64,000 nucleotides of DNA from Bacteroidales bacterium (GTDB lineage: Bacteria; Bacteroidota; Bacteroidia; Bacteroidales; UBA12077): the NCBI GenBank assembly GCA_028282585.1, contig JANQHR010000046.1, positions 1 through 64,000 of the forward strand, given 5' to 3'. Position 1 is the first letter of the stretch. Every line of letters starts with the position of its first letter. The notes beneath the pieces are model-generated. The model saw only the letters and a program-made list of their open reading frames with translations, did no database searches and had not been told where the DNA came from. Of the stretch, positions 41,996 through 52,098 are shown piece after piece. A program made the translations under genes and the position numbers.

Positions 41996-44900
41996 TTAGT
42001 TATTTAAAATCAATTCTAAATTGCAATTAGAATATTTGTTTAAATAATTATTTATTTTTTCATCGGGATTATTCAATAGTTGATTAAGAAAATAAAAAAA
42101 CATTTTTTCAACTATTATCATTTTTTCTTTGGTATGAATATTTTCACAAAACCCCCATTCAATAACAATTCCATTCTTATATTCATGGCATAAGCAAAGA
42201 ATGTTTTTAACTTCTTCGCTTAGTTGTTTTGTTTTATTTCTGGAATTTATATTATATAAGCCTTTATATTCTGACTTATATTTATGGTGGTTCAAAGTTA
42301 AGATTGCCATATCATCTTTTAAATTATCATAGGATATCCCAAGATCATTGGCAAGAAGTAAACTTGGATACATTTGATAATTCATTGCTTCAGTAAAATC
42401 ACGACTAACTGTTTCCAAATAAGTGGCTCCCGTATGTGTATCATCTATATTCACAGGAAGAAATATCTCATTTGCAATGAATCCGATTATTTTATTAACA
42501 TCAATATTTTGTCTGCAAGCAACAGGACATCTTACTACAACTTCCTTTTCGTTCTGTAATTTAGACATTACCAGGTTCATTGCAGCTAATAATACTGTAT
42601 ATACATTGTAATTTTTATCTATAGAACATTTTATTATATGCTCATAAATTTCAACAGGAATAGGACTATGATAAGTAATTAAGTTTCCTTTTTTCTTATT
42701 ATTATTTGAAGAATTACCTAACTTAAGTTTTAATTTTTCTGTTGCTTTAAATAATCCTTTAATCCAAAATCTCTTTAACTCTTCACCATATTGACTTTTT
42801 ATTAAATCATATAAGCGTTCAGAGTAGTCTTTATAGTTAATTTTTAATTGATTTAAATTTTGATTGTTTTTATTGCCAATACCTTGCTTATATAAACTTT
42901 GTAGTTCCTTGATAAGTAAATTAGACGACCATATATCGAACAAAATATGATGTATCACAAAATAAAAAACGTAATTATCATTTGGTAAACAGAACAGTTT
43001 CATTCTTATTAAACAATCTTTTTCCAGATTAAATGGTTTATTATAATCTGTTTTTATTTGTTGTTTCAATTCTGATATATAGTCCTTTTTATTTTCTATG
43101 ACAATTTCCTCAAGATTAAAGTTTAGTTCACTCAAGCTTCGTACTTTCTGTCTAAGTTCTCCATTAACTTTTATAAAATTCGTTCTTAAATTTTCGTGTT
43201 TATTTAATAAATTTTTAACTGCATTCTTTAAAGCAGGTTTATCAATTTTGCTTAAATTTATGGTTCCTTTCATATTTGGATTCACACCTTCCATTAAGGA
43301 TTTAATAAAGAAACTTTGTGAGTATGTTAATGGGTAATATTCCTTCTTCTCAATTGGCCTTAGTACGTAACTGTTTTCGCCTTTATTTGCACCCGATCTA
43401 TTAACGGTTTTAATGAACTTGCTTAAATCTGAAATAGTCGGATATTTCATCAAATCAGCCATAGTTACCTTAATATCAGATTTTTGGAGCTCTGCAGAAA
43501 GCTGCATTGCTTTTAAGGAATCTCCACCTATTTCAAAAAATCTATCGGTACTTTTAATCGTTTTCAAATTTAAAACCTTACTCCATGCATTATAAACCAA
43601 TTCTGACAGTTCATCTCTTTTTTCATCATTTCCGGAAACATCATCTTTAATAATATCCGGTAATGCATTTACATTAATCTTACCACCAGATGTTAAAGGT
43701 AATTTTTCGATAATTTCGACGTAATGCGGAATCATGTAGTAAGGTATTTCTTTTGACAGATAATTTCTTATTTCATCTTTTGTAATAAACTCGTTAGTAA
43801 CAACATAAGCACATAATACTTTATCTCCATTATCCTTAATTCTTACTAAAACCGCTGCATCTTTAATTCCATAAATTTTTAACAAGCACGTTTTTACTTC
43901 GCCAAGCTCAATCCTAAAACCTCGAATTTTTACTTGTTCATCTTTTCTTCCAGCAAATTCTATATTCCCATCAGGCAACCATTTTGCCAGATCACCAGTC
44001 TTATACATTATCTGATTTGGAGAATATGGATTTTTTATAAATTTTTCAGTAGTTAATTCTACGTTATTTAAATAGCCATCACTAACACAAGGTCCTCCAA
44101 TAAATATTTCCCCAATAATGCCAACCGGAAGCATTTTAAGATCTTCATCAAGAATATATATATTCTTATTAGCCACTGGTTTTCCAATTGGTATTTTTAC
44201 ATTTTTTTCGTATCCTTTAACCAGATGGCGTGTAGCTGTAACGGTAGTTTCCGTGGGTCCGTATTCGTTATAAAAATCTAACTGCTCATACAAACTTTTA
44301 ACATGATCTGATTTACATTCATCACCTCCCATAACAATTTTACCCAGATTTTTCAATCCTTTCAATTTCAAATTTTGTAAGTAAGCTGGCACCATATACA
44401 AGCAAGTCACCGCCTTTTTATTTATGTAATCTTCAAATTCTATTTTATCGAGCATTAAGGATTTTTCAATCGAAATAAGTTCCCCTCCAGTCAATAATGG
44501 TAGCCAAAACTGTTCTACTGATGCATCAAAAGACATTGGAGAAAATAACAATACTTTATCACTACTATCTATATTTATATCATTAATTAATGGTATTAAA
44601 TGATTTAACACTTTCCCGTGAGTGATAACTACTCCTTTTGGTATACCTGTAGAACCTGAAGTATAAATTATTTGCGATATATCATAGGATGATATCTCAC
44701 ATAACTCATTATATTTTGTAATGTTTTCTGAATAATCATTGTCACTTAGATTAACAATATTCAAATCAAGATCTAAACTATCTTTTAGTTCCTCTGCTGT
44801 AAGGATTATCTTAGACGAACTATCTTTGATATAATACTTTATTCTTTCGACAGGTGTTTCAGAATCAATAGGTAGATAGGCAGCGCCTGTCTTCAAAATA

Positions 44901-46669
44901 CCTAATATACCAATAACGGAGTTTATTGATCTATTGTCTAATATGCATACAATATCTGATTTTTTTACGCCTTTTTTATCTAACTGATTTGCTACAATAC
45001 AAACCATCTTATATAAACCACCATATGTAATAGATTTGTCTTTAGCTACTAAAGCTATCTTATCGGGAAATTTCTTAACAGTTGTTTCAAAAAAATCAAT
45101 TAGCGATTTTTGTCCTGTATAATCATTATTTTTATTATTAAACTTTTGAAGTAATTCACGTTTCTTATTTTCTTCTAAAATTTCAATATCTGAAATCAAC
45201 CGATCTGGGCAATCATTCAATTGATCTACTATTTTTAGAAAAGATTCTATATATCGTTCGATTGTTTCAGGCTTAAATAACTTAGAGCTATACTCTATTG
45301 TAATTAATATTTGTTCCCCACAATCACAAACTATTAATCCTAAATCAAATTTTGATATACTATACTCATGAGTATATTCACCTTTCCTCAATGATGATAA
45401 ATCTATGATTGTTTCGCTTTGATTTTGAACATTAAACATAACGTCAAACAATGGATTTCTACTAGCATCTCTTTCAATTGCTAATTTATTAACCAGTTCT
45501 TCGAAATGATATTCTTGATTATCTAAATCTTTTAATGTTTTTAATTTGACCTCTTCAATAAACCTCCTAACTGATCGATTTTTATCAATTTTAGTTCTAA
45601 GGGCAAGAGAATTTACAAACATTCCCACAATATCATTAATATCAGAGTGTTTTCGACCTGCTGCCGGACAACCTACAACAATATCATCTTGACCACTAAG
45701 CTTTGATAATAATATATTAAACGCGGAGAAAAAAAACATAAACAACGTGATATCATGATCTTTCAAAGAAGCTTTCACTTTTTTAGTTTCTTCTTTTGTT
45801 AACGCAAAATTTACAATTGCTCCATTAAACTGTTGCTCTGATGCCCGCAAGAAGTCAGTTGGCAAGTTTAAAGCATCCGGATTGTCTTTGTATAAATTTA
45901 GCCAGTGCTCTTCTTGTTTTTTAATATTCGCTTTTTGGTTATTACTTTTTATTATCCACTCTGAGAAGTCTTTAAACTGTAGGGGAATTTTAGGTAAGTT
46001 ATCCCCATTGTAAAATCGATGGAAATTCTGTAACAGAACATTTTGAGATGTACCATCATTTATAATATGGTGCATATCTAACATTAAAATAGAATTACCA
46101 CCTTTAACTTTAAATAAATTAGCCCTAAAAAGCGGGGCCTTATTTAGATCAAATGGTTTTACAAATTCTTTTCTATTTTTTTCTATTGCTTTAGCATCAA
46201 TTTCAAACTCTTCAATATTGAATTCAACAGTATCATGAATTCTTTGTGCAGGTATTCCATCCACTAATTCAAACGAAGTTCTAAGGCTATCATGATGCTC
46301 AATAAGTTTTTTAAAAGTATTTTCAAGATGTTTTACGTCAACGTTTTTGTTAAGTGTAATTTCAAATGGCAAATTATATGCAACACTTTCCGGATTCTTT
46401 TTCTGTAAAAGATATAATCCTTTCTGAGCAGAAAAAATATTATAGTAATCTTTCTTTTCGGAATTTTTAATTTTTTCAAAAATTCTTTTATATTTCTTTT
46501 GCTCTTCAATAAAATAAGCTATTATTTCATTTTTAAATTTTCTAATTTTCTCAGTAAGGTGTATTGGGATATCCTGCTTTTTTAATGAGATTAACTGTAT
46601 CTTATCATCTTTAACAGATATTTTTATGCCTGATTCATATAATTCATTTAACAAATCTGAAATTTTCAT
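41996..46669 (-). CDS. NRPS: docking domain-C-A-T-C (terminal)
   Basis: TubC-type N-terminus; HHIINDG; YTSGSTGIPKG, YGPTE, YKTGD; GGDSL; terminal C with HHILFDIW. Confidence 0.93.
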   Translation of the reverse strand: MKISDLLNELYESGIKISVKDDKIQLISLKKQDIPIHLTEKIRKFKNEIIAYFIEEQKKYKRIFEKIKNSEKKDYYNIFSAQKGLYLLQKKNPESVAYNLPFEITLNKNVDVKHLENTFKKLIEHHDSLRTSFELVDGIPAQRIHDTVEFNIEEFEIDAKAIEKNRKEFVKPFDLNKAPLFRANLFKVKGGNSILMLDMHHIINDGTSQNVLLQNFHRFYNGDNLPKIPLQFKDFSEWIIKSNNQKANIKKQEEHWLNLYKDNPDALNLPTDFLRASEQQFNGAIVNFALTKEETKKVKASLKDHDITLFMFFFSAFNILLSKLSGQDDIVVGCPAAGRKHSDINDIVGMFVNSLALRTKIDKNRSVRRFIEEVKLKTLKDLDNQEYHFEELVNKLAIERDASRNPLFDVMFNVQNQSETIIDLSSLRKGEYTHEYSISKFDLGLIVCDCGEQILITIEYSSKLFKPETIERYIESFLKIVDQLNDCPDRLISDIEILEENKKRELLQKFNNKNNDYTGQKSLIDFFETTVKKFPDKIALVAKDKSITYGGLYKMVCIVANQLDKKGVKKSDIVCILDNRSINSVIGILGILKTGAAYLPIDSETPVERIKYYIKDSSSKIILTAEELKDSLDLDLNIVNLSDNDYSENITKYNELCEISSYDISQIIYTSGSTGIPKGVVITHGKVLNHLIPLINDINIDSSDKVLLFSPMSFDASVEQFWLPLLTGGELISIEKSLMLDKIEFEDYINKKAVTCLYMVPAYLQNLKLKGLKNLGKIVMGGDECKSDHVKSLYEQLDFYNEYGPTETTVTATRHLVKGYEKNVKIPIGKPVANKNIYILDEDLKMLPVGIIGEIFIGGPCVSDGYLNNVELTTEKFIKNPYSPNQIMYKTGDLAKWLPDGNIEFAGRKDEQVKIRGFRIELGEVKTCLLKIYGIKDAAVLVRIKDNGDKVLCAYVVTNEFITKDEIRNYLSKEIPYYMIPHYVEIIEKLPLTSGGKINVNALPDIIKDDVSGNDEKRDELSELVYNAWSKVLNLKTIKSTDRFFEIGGDSLKAMQLSAELQKSDIKVTMADLMKYPTISDLSKFIKTVNRSGANKGENSYVLRPIEKKEYYPLTYSQSFFIKSLMEGVNPNMKGTINLSKIDKPALKNAVKNLLNKHENLRTNFIKVNGELRQKVRSLSELNFNLEEIVIENKKDYISELKQQIKTDYNKPFNLEKDCLIRMKLFCLPNDNYVFYFVIHHILFDIWSSNLLIKELQSLYKQGIGNKNNQNLNQLKINYKDYSERLYDLIKSQYGEELKRFWIKGLFKATEKLKLKLGNSSNNNKKKGNLITYHSPIPVEIYEHIIKCSIDKNYNVYTVLLAAMNLVMSKLQNEKEVVVRCPVACRQNIDVNKIIGFIANEIFLPVNIDDTHTGATYLETVSRDFTEAMNYQMYPSLLLANDLGISYDNLKDDMAILTLNHHKYKSEYKGLYNINSRNKTKQLSEEVKNILCLCHEYKNGIVIEWGFCENIHTKEKMIIVEKMFFYFLNQLLNNPDEKINNYLNKYSNCNLELILNN

Positions 46670-46727
46670 ATTTTAATTTTTTATCATTTTAACAACTTAT
46701 AATCAACTTTTTACAATATGTTGTGTA

Positions 46728-48389
46728 TTAAAAGTCAAGCTCCGGAATCCCAAGTTCCCAGTTAACTTCGCTATGATTTTTTTTATCTATAAGTTCTAGC
46801 TTACTTATCATTTCGATAATCTCATCGCTTGCTTCAGATATGTTTTTATTTAATATTTTCTCTCTTACACCCTCATTAAATGCAATTAGAAATGTTTTTA
46901 ATTGCTGTTTAGTCATACCCTTATATTGCAATTGAACCAAGAATTCATAATCAAAGTAATACTGTGGAACTCTAATTGGATCGTTTACTTCGATTATAAG
47001 TTTTTCAATCATATCACAAGCTTTTTCTGAATTGAGAGTTGAATGGGACCATTCAAATCCTTTTCCTTGTATGTTATATTTTTCTCTTTCTCTCCATATT
47101 GGGGTTATAAACTCATAGTACCACAATTGAGCTCTGTAGAAATCGAGCGCACTGTTTTTAATAAAATTGTATGTTTCCTGAAATGTTTTTTCGGTCTCTC
47201 CTGGAAAACCTATAATAAAACTACCATAAGTTTGGATACCTGCATCAGACAATATCTCTATACCCTTAAGATATTGTTTAGCAGTTACCTGTTTATTCAT
47301 GTTTTTTAAAATAGTGTCACTTCCTGATTCAATTCCTAAAAAAACACTTTCGCAACCGCTTTCCTTCATCATAGATGCTATTTCTTTATCTATATATTGA
47401 GATCTTATAAATGAATGCCAGTTAAACTTATCTTTTCGTTTAATCATCATATTCAAGATCTCTTTGAAACGTTTAGGCGGCACATTAAATGTATCATCCA
47501 AGAAAAATATATTCTTTATACCATCAATATTTTTTAATGTGTTTAGCTCTTTCTCAATATCACAGGTTTTAATTGCCTGATATTTGCCAGCATGTTCAGG
47601 AAAGCCACAAAACGAACATTTAAACGGACAGGAAATACTTGTTCTAATATTAATAAAATTACCTACGTTATTAGAAACTAAATCCCAATTCACCAAATTA
47701 TCTTGTAGTTTATTATTTTCTTCACTTGTTTTATTAAAAATATACTCACCATTAGATTTGTAAATAACATTATCAATACTTCCAATATCTTTGTCTGTAT
47801 TTTTAATCATTGATAGAAGATCAACTAACGCCTTCTCTCCTTGCGAACTATTTACATAATAATCTGCATCTAATTTGTTAAACAAATTCTTTTGTTCTTC
47901 AATAGATGAAATTCTCATTTGAGTTGCAATAAAATGACCTCCGATTATAATTTTAGATCCTTTATTATACTTTTTCACAACGTCAAGAACTTCGAATAGA
48001 GGTGTTGATATAACATATAAAGTTGTTGAAATTGCGATAGCATTAATCTCACACGTTTGTAGTAATTCAATCAGGTTATCTTTTTCTTCTTGAAAAGAAT
48101 GGATATACTCGTAAGTAAAACCTCTTTTATTTAAATAAGTCACTAAATAAGAAATAGTTGTACTAAATGTTTCGATATAATTTATATGTTCTAAACTTTG
48201 ATTAGGTTTTACGCAAAAATCATTATATATATCAGTTGCATTATATTTTCTTGATTTATGAGTTAAAAAATTCATGTTTAAATCTCTATATGTAGAAGTA
48301 TCTTTACCAATACGTTCAATGAGATCTATAAATTCATCATATTTTATTTGATTATGTCCAACAATCAAACAATCAATTTTCTTTTTCAT
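46728..48389 (-). CDS. PhpK-family (P-methyltransferase-like) cobalamin radical SAM enzyme
   Basis: 553 aa; DCLIVGHN, YRDL, IIIGG, RTSISCPFKCSFCGFP, DDTFNVP, GIESGS, GFEWSH; radical SAM call is firm, PhpK subfamily is from recalled motifs. Confidence 0.72.
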   Translation of the reverse strand: MKKKIDCLIVGHNQIKYDEFIDLIERIGKDTSTYRDLNMNFLTHKSRKYNATDIYNDFCVKPNQSLEHINYIETFSTTISYLVTYLNKRGFTYEYIHSFQEEKDNLIELLQTCEINAIAISTTLYVISTPLFEVLDVVKKYNKGSKIIIGGHFIATQMRISSIEEQKNLFNKLDADYYVNSSQGEKALVDLLSMIKNTDKDIGSIDNVIYKSNGEYIFNKTSEENNKLQDNLVNWDLVSNNVGNFINIRTSISCPFKCSFCGFPEHAGKYQAIKTCDIEKELNTLKNIDGIKNIFFLDDTFNVPPKRFKEILNMMIKRKDKFNWHSFIRSQYIDKEIASMMKESGCESVFLGIESGSDTILKNMNKQVTAKQYLKGIEILSDAGIQTYGSFIIGFPGETEKTFQETYNFIKNSALDFYRAQLWYYEFITPIWREREKYNIQGKGFEWSHSTLNSEKACDMIEKLIIEVNDPIRVPQYYFDYEFLVQLQYKGMTKQQLKTFLIAFNEGVREKILNKNISEASDEIIEMISKLELIDKKNHSEVNWELGIPELDF

Positions 48390-48492
48390 TTTCTATTAAA
48401 TGGAGATTTATTAAGGCCTAGAAAAAGTTTTAGTCTGCTATTTTTAAACTAAATTGTAAAAGAAGATCTAACAGAGTCTTAGATATTATTCA

Positions 48493-51400
48493 TTAAATTT
48501 CTATTACTTGCGTTTCTTCTTCAAATTCCTCTAAATTAAATAACATAACCGCTATATCTTTTACCGTATGCTTTTCAAATAACTCAGCCAAAGGAATGCT
48601 AACTCCAAATTCTTTACTTATTCTAGATTGTAGAAGTATTGCTTTTAGTGAGTGACCTCCAAGGTCGAAAAAGCTTGAACTTGTGCTAATCAGGTTATGA
48701 GGAATATTCAATACTTCCGCCCATATTTTTATAATTTTTTCCTCTATTTTATTTCCAGGTAATATAAATTCTGCTTCCAACTTAATTTCAGGATCAGGTA
48801 AACGACTATAATCAATTTTCCCGCTTGTATTTAGTGGAATCTCATCAATTTCAACATAAAAAGAGGGAATCATATACTCCGGTAATTCACTGGATAAGAA
48901 ATCTTTAAAATCTCTATCACTACATTTTTCTGAAATTTTCACTTTATCTCCCGGAAATATTTCCTGGTAAAATGGTATCTTTTTGAACGAGTCAGGAGTG
49001 TTCATTGAAATATATTCAAATTTCTCAATTTTATTGTTATCTAAATATAATTCTCCTTGTATCAAATAATCCGGATTTAATCCATTTTCAGAAAGCTTTC
49101 TTGTTATCTTTGCTTTTAAATAATTTCCTTTACTAACTTTAATTCCTTGGTAAAAAATAGGGAAGTAAACCGGTAACCAAATAGACTTTTCCTCAATAGT
49201 ATCAATTACTTCTTGTTCGTCGCAATATAAAACTAACCAAACAATCAAACCATTAAACACAGAATCCTTTTTGAATTTTAAAGTAATATTCTGTTCCGCT
49301 TCCAGGTCAATTAGTTGATTAAAATTTAAATCTTCAAATACTCCAATATCAGAGATGATGTTTTTCTTTTTAAATGAAGATAAAACCAATCTTAAATCAA
49401 ATTTCCGACCTATATTATCAAATATTTTATCTACATAATAAGCAGCTACTTCATCAAAAGAAGCATCAAAATCGTTTTTTGGTAAAGTAACAGCGGCAAC
49501 CTTTGAAATACTTCTTGAAGGAATCATTGAGAAATTTTCATCCATTTTAGGATGTATCTCATTAATAATCTTGGCAGCACCCTCTGCTCCACCTATTGAT
49601 CCTACAATTTCAGATATACAACAATCAATCTTTTCTGGTAACTCAATTTGCGTCGCATCACCATGTATTACAATAATCTTATCTTCAAGTCCTAAGGTTT
49701 TTATTTTATTAAATGCTTTTTGATAGGCTTCTTCTATTATTTCAACTGCATAAATTCTTTTTGCACTTTCTTCCAAACAAATCAGTGATAATATACACTC
49801 ACTTCCCGGTCCAATTTCTAAAACCACTTTGTCTTTAACAACTTTTTGTATTGCTTTTCTATACTTTTCATTTCTTAATTCATCGTTAGCAAAGTGTTTA
49901 TATATTCTATCATCATATACATAATACTCGGCAAGAGAAGGCCATAATCCAATTTTCTCCTTTTGCTTAAAATAAGCTATTAATTGATCTTCATTATATA
50001 TATTATGTTTTCTAATGACTGCATTTTCTATACAATTATGATTAGTCAGGCATTTTTCAATTTCTTTCAGTTCTATTCTATACCCACGAAGCTTTATTTG
50101 ATCATCTAAACGACCTTTGAATTCTATCTCACCATTAGACAACCACCTTCCACAATCTCCTGATTTATACATTATTTCTCCGGGATTAAATGGATCCGGA
50201 ATAAAACTTTTCCGAGTTAATTCGGCTTTCCCGAGATAACCTCTTCCGACACCAATACCAGAAATATAAATATCTCCTATAACACCTATAGCTTGTGGTC
50301 TTAATTTTTTATCTAAAATATAAACTTGAGTATTATTAATAGGCTTACCAATTGTTATTATTCCTAAGGAATTATAGTTTTTAGTATCCCATGCTGTTGC
50401 ACATATAGAAGTTTCAGTGGGACCATATGCATTAATATATGTTATTTCTTGATTATACTTTTTAATTAAAGTTTCACTTGTTTCTGAGCCTGCAGTTATT
50501 AATACTTTTAACTTCTTTATTACATTATCTGAAACATTAGATGCAAAAACCGGCGGTAAAGTAACTATTGATATTATTTTTTTAAAAATATCATTCTCAA
50601 ATGAAATCAAACTTACCTTATTTTCTTTATTAGGAATAAATAGTTTGGCACCATTAAAAAGTGTCATAAAAATTTCGGAAACAGAAGCATCAAATGATGG
50701 GCTGGAATAAAACATAATATGATCATTAGGAGTTACTTTAAAAGTATCTATCCATAAATTGTTTTCACTCACAATTCCTTTATGTTCTAATAAAGTTCCT
50801 TTCGGTTTTCCTGATGTTCCTGAAGTATAAATAACATATGCAAGATCGTTTGGTTGATTGCTTAATTCATTTTCGTTAAGGTCAATATTATTACTTTTTG
50901 ATAATTCAGTTTCATTCAACAAAATTACCTTACCATCAAACTCAAAATCAATGTCATCTGCATCAGTAGCTACAATATACTTAATTTTACTATCATTAAC
51001 TATGAACTGTTTTCTTTCCTTTGGGTAATTCATGTCTATTGGTAAATAAGCACCACCAGACTTTAAAATTCCCAATATGCCTATAATAAGTTCAAATGAT
51101 TTTTCAATTGCAATTCCAACTATCACATCTGATGTTACGCCGTTTTTCCGTAGCAAATTAGCAAGGCAGTTAGATCTCTTATTAAGCTCATTGTAAGTCA
51201 AACTTAGATCATCGTTAACAAGAGCAATTTTGTAAGGATTCTTTTCTGCCTGAATTTCAAACATCCGATGAATTGTTTTATTATCAGGAGTAATAGTTTT
51301 AGAATTATTAAATTCATATAATACCAGTTCCTTTTCTTCTTCAGACAGAATTGTAAACTCGTCTAATTTTTTGTAAGGGTATTGAAGGCAATCACCAATT

Positions 51401-52098
51401 AAAGTTTCAAGTTTAGTAGCTATATTACATATATCAGACCGAGTATACTTTACAGAGTTATATTCAATATTAACTGAAATATTATCATCATTATTTTCTA
51501 CAATTAATAATAGATTATAAGCAATACCAAAAATGTATTCCTTTTTATGTAATTTTTTATTCAATACAAAAATATCGAATAGCTCATTTTTATTTTTATT
51601 ACATTCAATCCCGGATTTATGAATCAGAGTTTTTATTGGAAAATTCTGGTTTTCAGTTGAATCTTTTATAGACTGCCCGACTTTTAGTAAAAGATCCTTA
51701 AAGCTATCATGTATATCAATATTTACGTATAATAACAATAAGGTATTGATGAAATCAACGTCTTGTTTTTGTTTAAAAATCGGAGCTCCAAGCAAAATAT
51801 TATTATTATTACTCATTTTTTGTAACAATAAAAATATATTAGACAATAATACGGTATAAACTTTCACCTCCGAATTTCCACAAAGCTTAAGAATTCTATT
51901 TGTAGTTTCTTTTTTCAATTTAATTATGAAATTTTCATATACTGTATCATCTGTATAATTTCTATTTTTCTCATATGGAAATGAGGAATATGAAATATTG
52001 GATGATAATAACTTTTCCCAATACAGTTTTTCATTTCTTCTAGATTCATCAGTAGAATTCATAATCATTATGTATTTATTATATTTTAAAAATTCCAA
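48493..52098 (-). CDS. NRPS: half-C (interface-like)-A(Tyr-like, methyltransferase-interrupted)-T
   Basis: No HHxxxDG; by-eye code DASTIAAICK; VLEIGPG methyltransferase inserted between A8 and A9; GGHSL; true start may be a slightly later Met. Confidence 0.9.
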   Translation of the reverse strand: MEFLKYNKYIMIMNSTDESRRNEKLYWEKLLSSNISYSSFPYEKNRNYTDDTVYENFIIKLKKETTNRILKLCGNSEVKVYTVLLSNIFLLLQKMSNNNNILLGAPIFKQKQDVDFINTLLLLYVNIDIHDSFKDLLLKVGQSIKDSTENQNFPIKTLIHKSGIECNKNKNELFDIFVLNKKLHKKEYIFGIAYNLLLIVENNDDNISVNIEYNSVKYTRSDICNIATKLETLIGDCLQYPYKKLDEFTILSEEEKELVLYEFNNSKTITPDNKTIHRMFEIQAEKNPYKIALVNDDLSLTYNELNKRSNCLANLLRKNGVTSDVIVGIAIEKSFELIIGILGILKSGGAYLPIDMNYPKERKQFIVNDSKIKYIVATDADDIDFEFDGKVILLNETELSKSNNIDLNENELSNQPNDLAYVIYTSGTSGKPKGTLLEHKGIVSENNLWIDTFKVTPNDHIMFYSSPSFDASVSEIFMTLFNGAKLFIPNKENKVSLISFENDIFKKIISIVTLPPVFASNVSDNVIKKLKVLITAGSETSETLIKKYNQEITYINAYGPTETSICATAWDTKNYNSLGIITIGKPINNTQVYILDKKLRPQAIGVIGDIYISGIGVGRGYLGKAELTRKSFIPDPFNPGEIMYKSGDCGRWLSNGEIEFKGRLDDQIKLRGYRIELKEIEKCLTNHNCIENAVIRKHNIYNEDQLIAYFKQKEKIGLWPSLAEYYVYDDRIYKHFANDELRNEKYRKAIQKVVKDKVVLEIGPGSECILSLICLEESAKRIYAVEIIEEAYQKAFNKIKTLGLEDKIIVIHGDATQIELPEKIDCCISEIVGSIGGAEGAAKIINEIHPKMDENFSMIPSRSISKVAAVTLPKNDFDASFDEVAAYYVDKIFDNIGRKFDLRLVLSSFKKKNIISDIGVFEDLNFNQLIDLEAEQNITLKFKKDSVFNGLIVWLVLYCDEQEVIDTIEEKSIWLPVYFPIFYQGIKVSKGNYLKAKITRKLSENGLNPDYLIQGELYLDNNKIEKFEYISMNTPDSFKKIPFYQEIFPGDKVKISEKCSDRDFKDFLSSELPEYMIPSFYVEIDEIPLNTSGKIDYSRLPDPEIKLEAEFILPGNKIEEKIIKIWAEVLNIPHNLISTSSSFFDLGGHSLKAILLQSRISKEFGVSIPLAELFEKHTVKDIAVMLFNLEEFEEETQVIEI

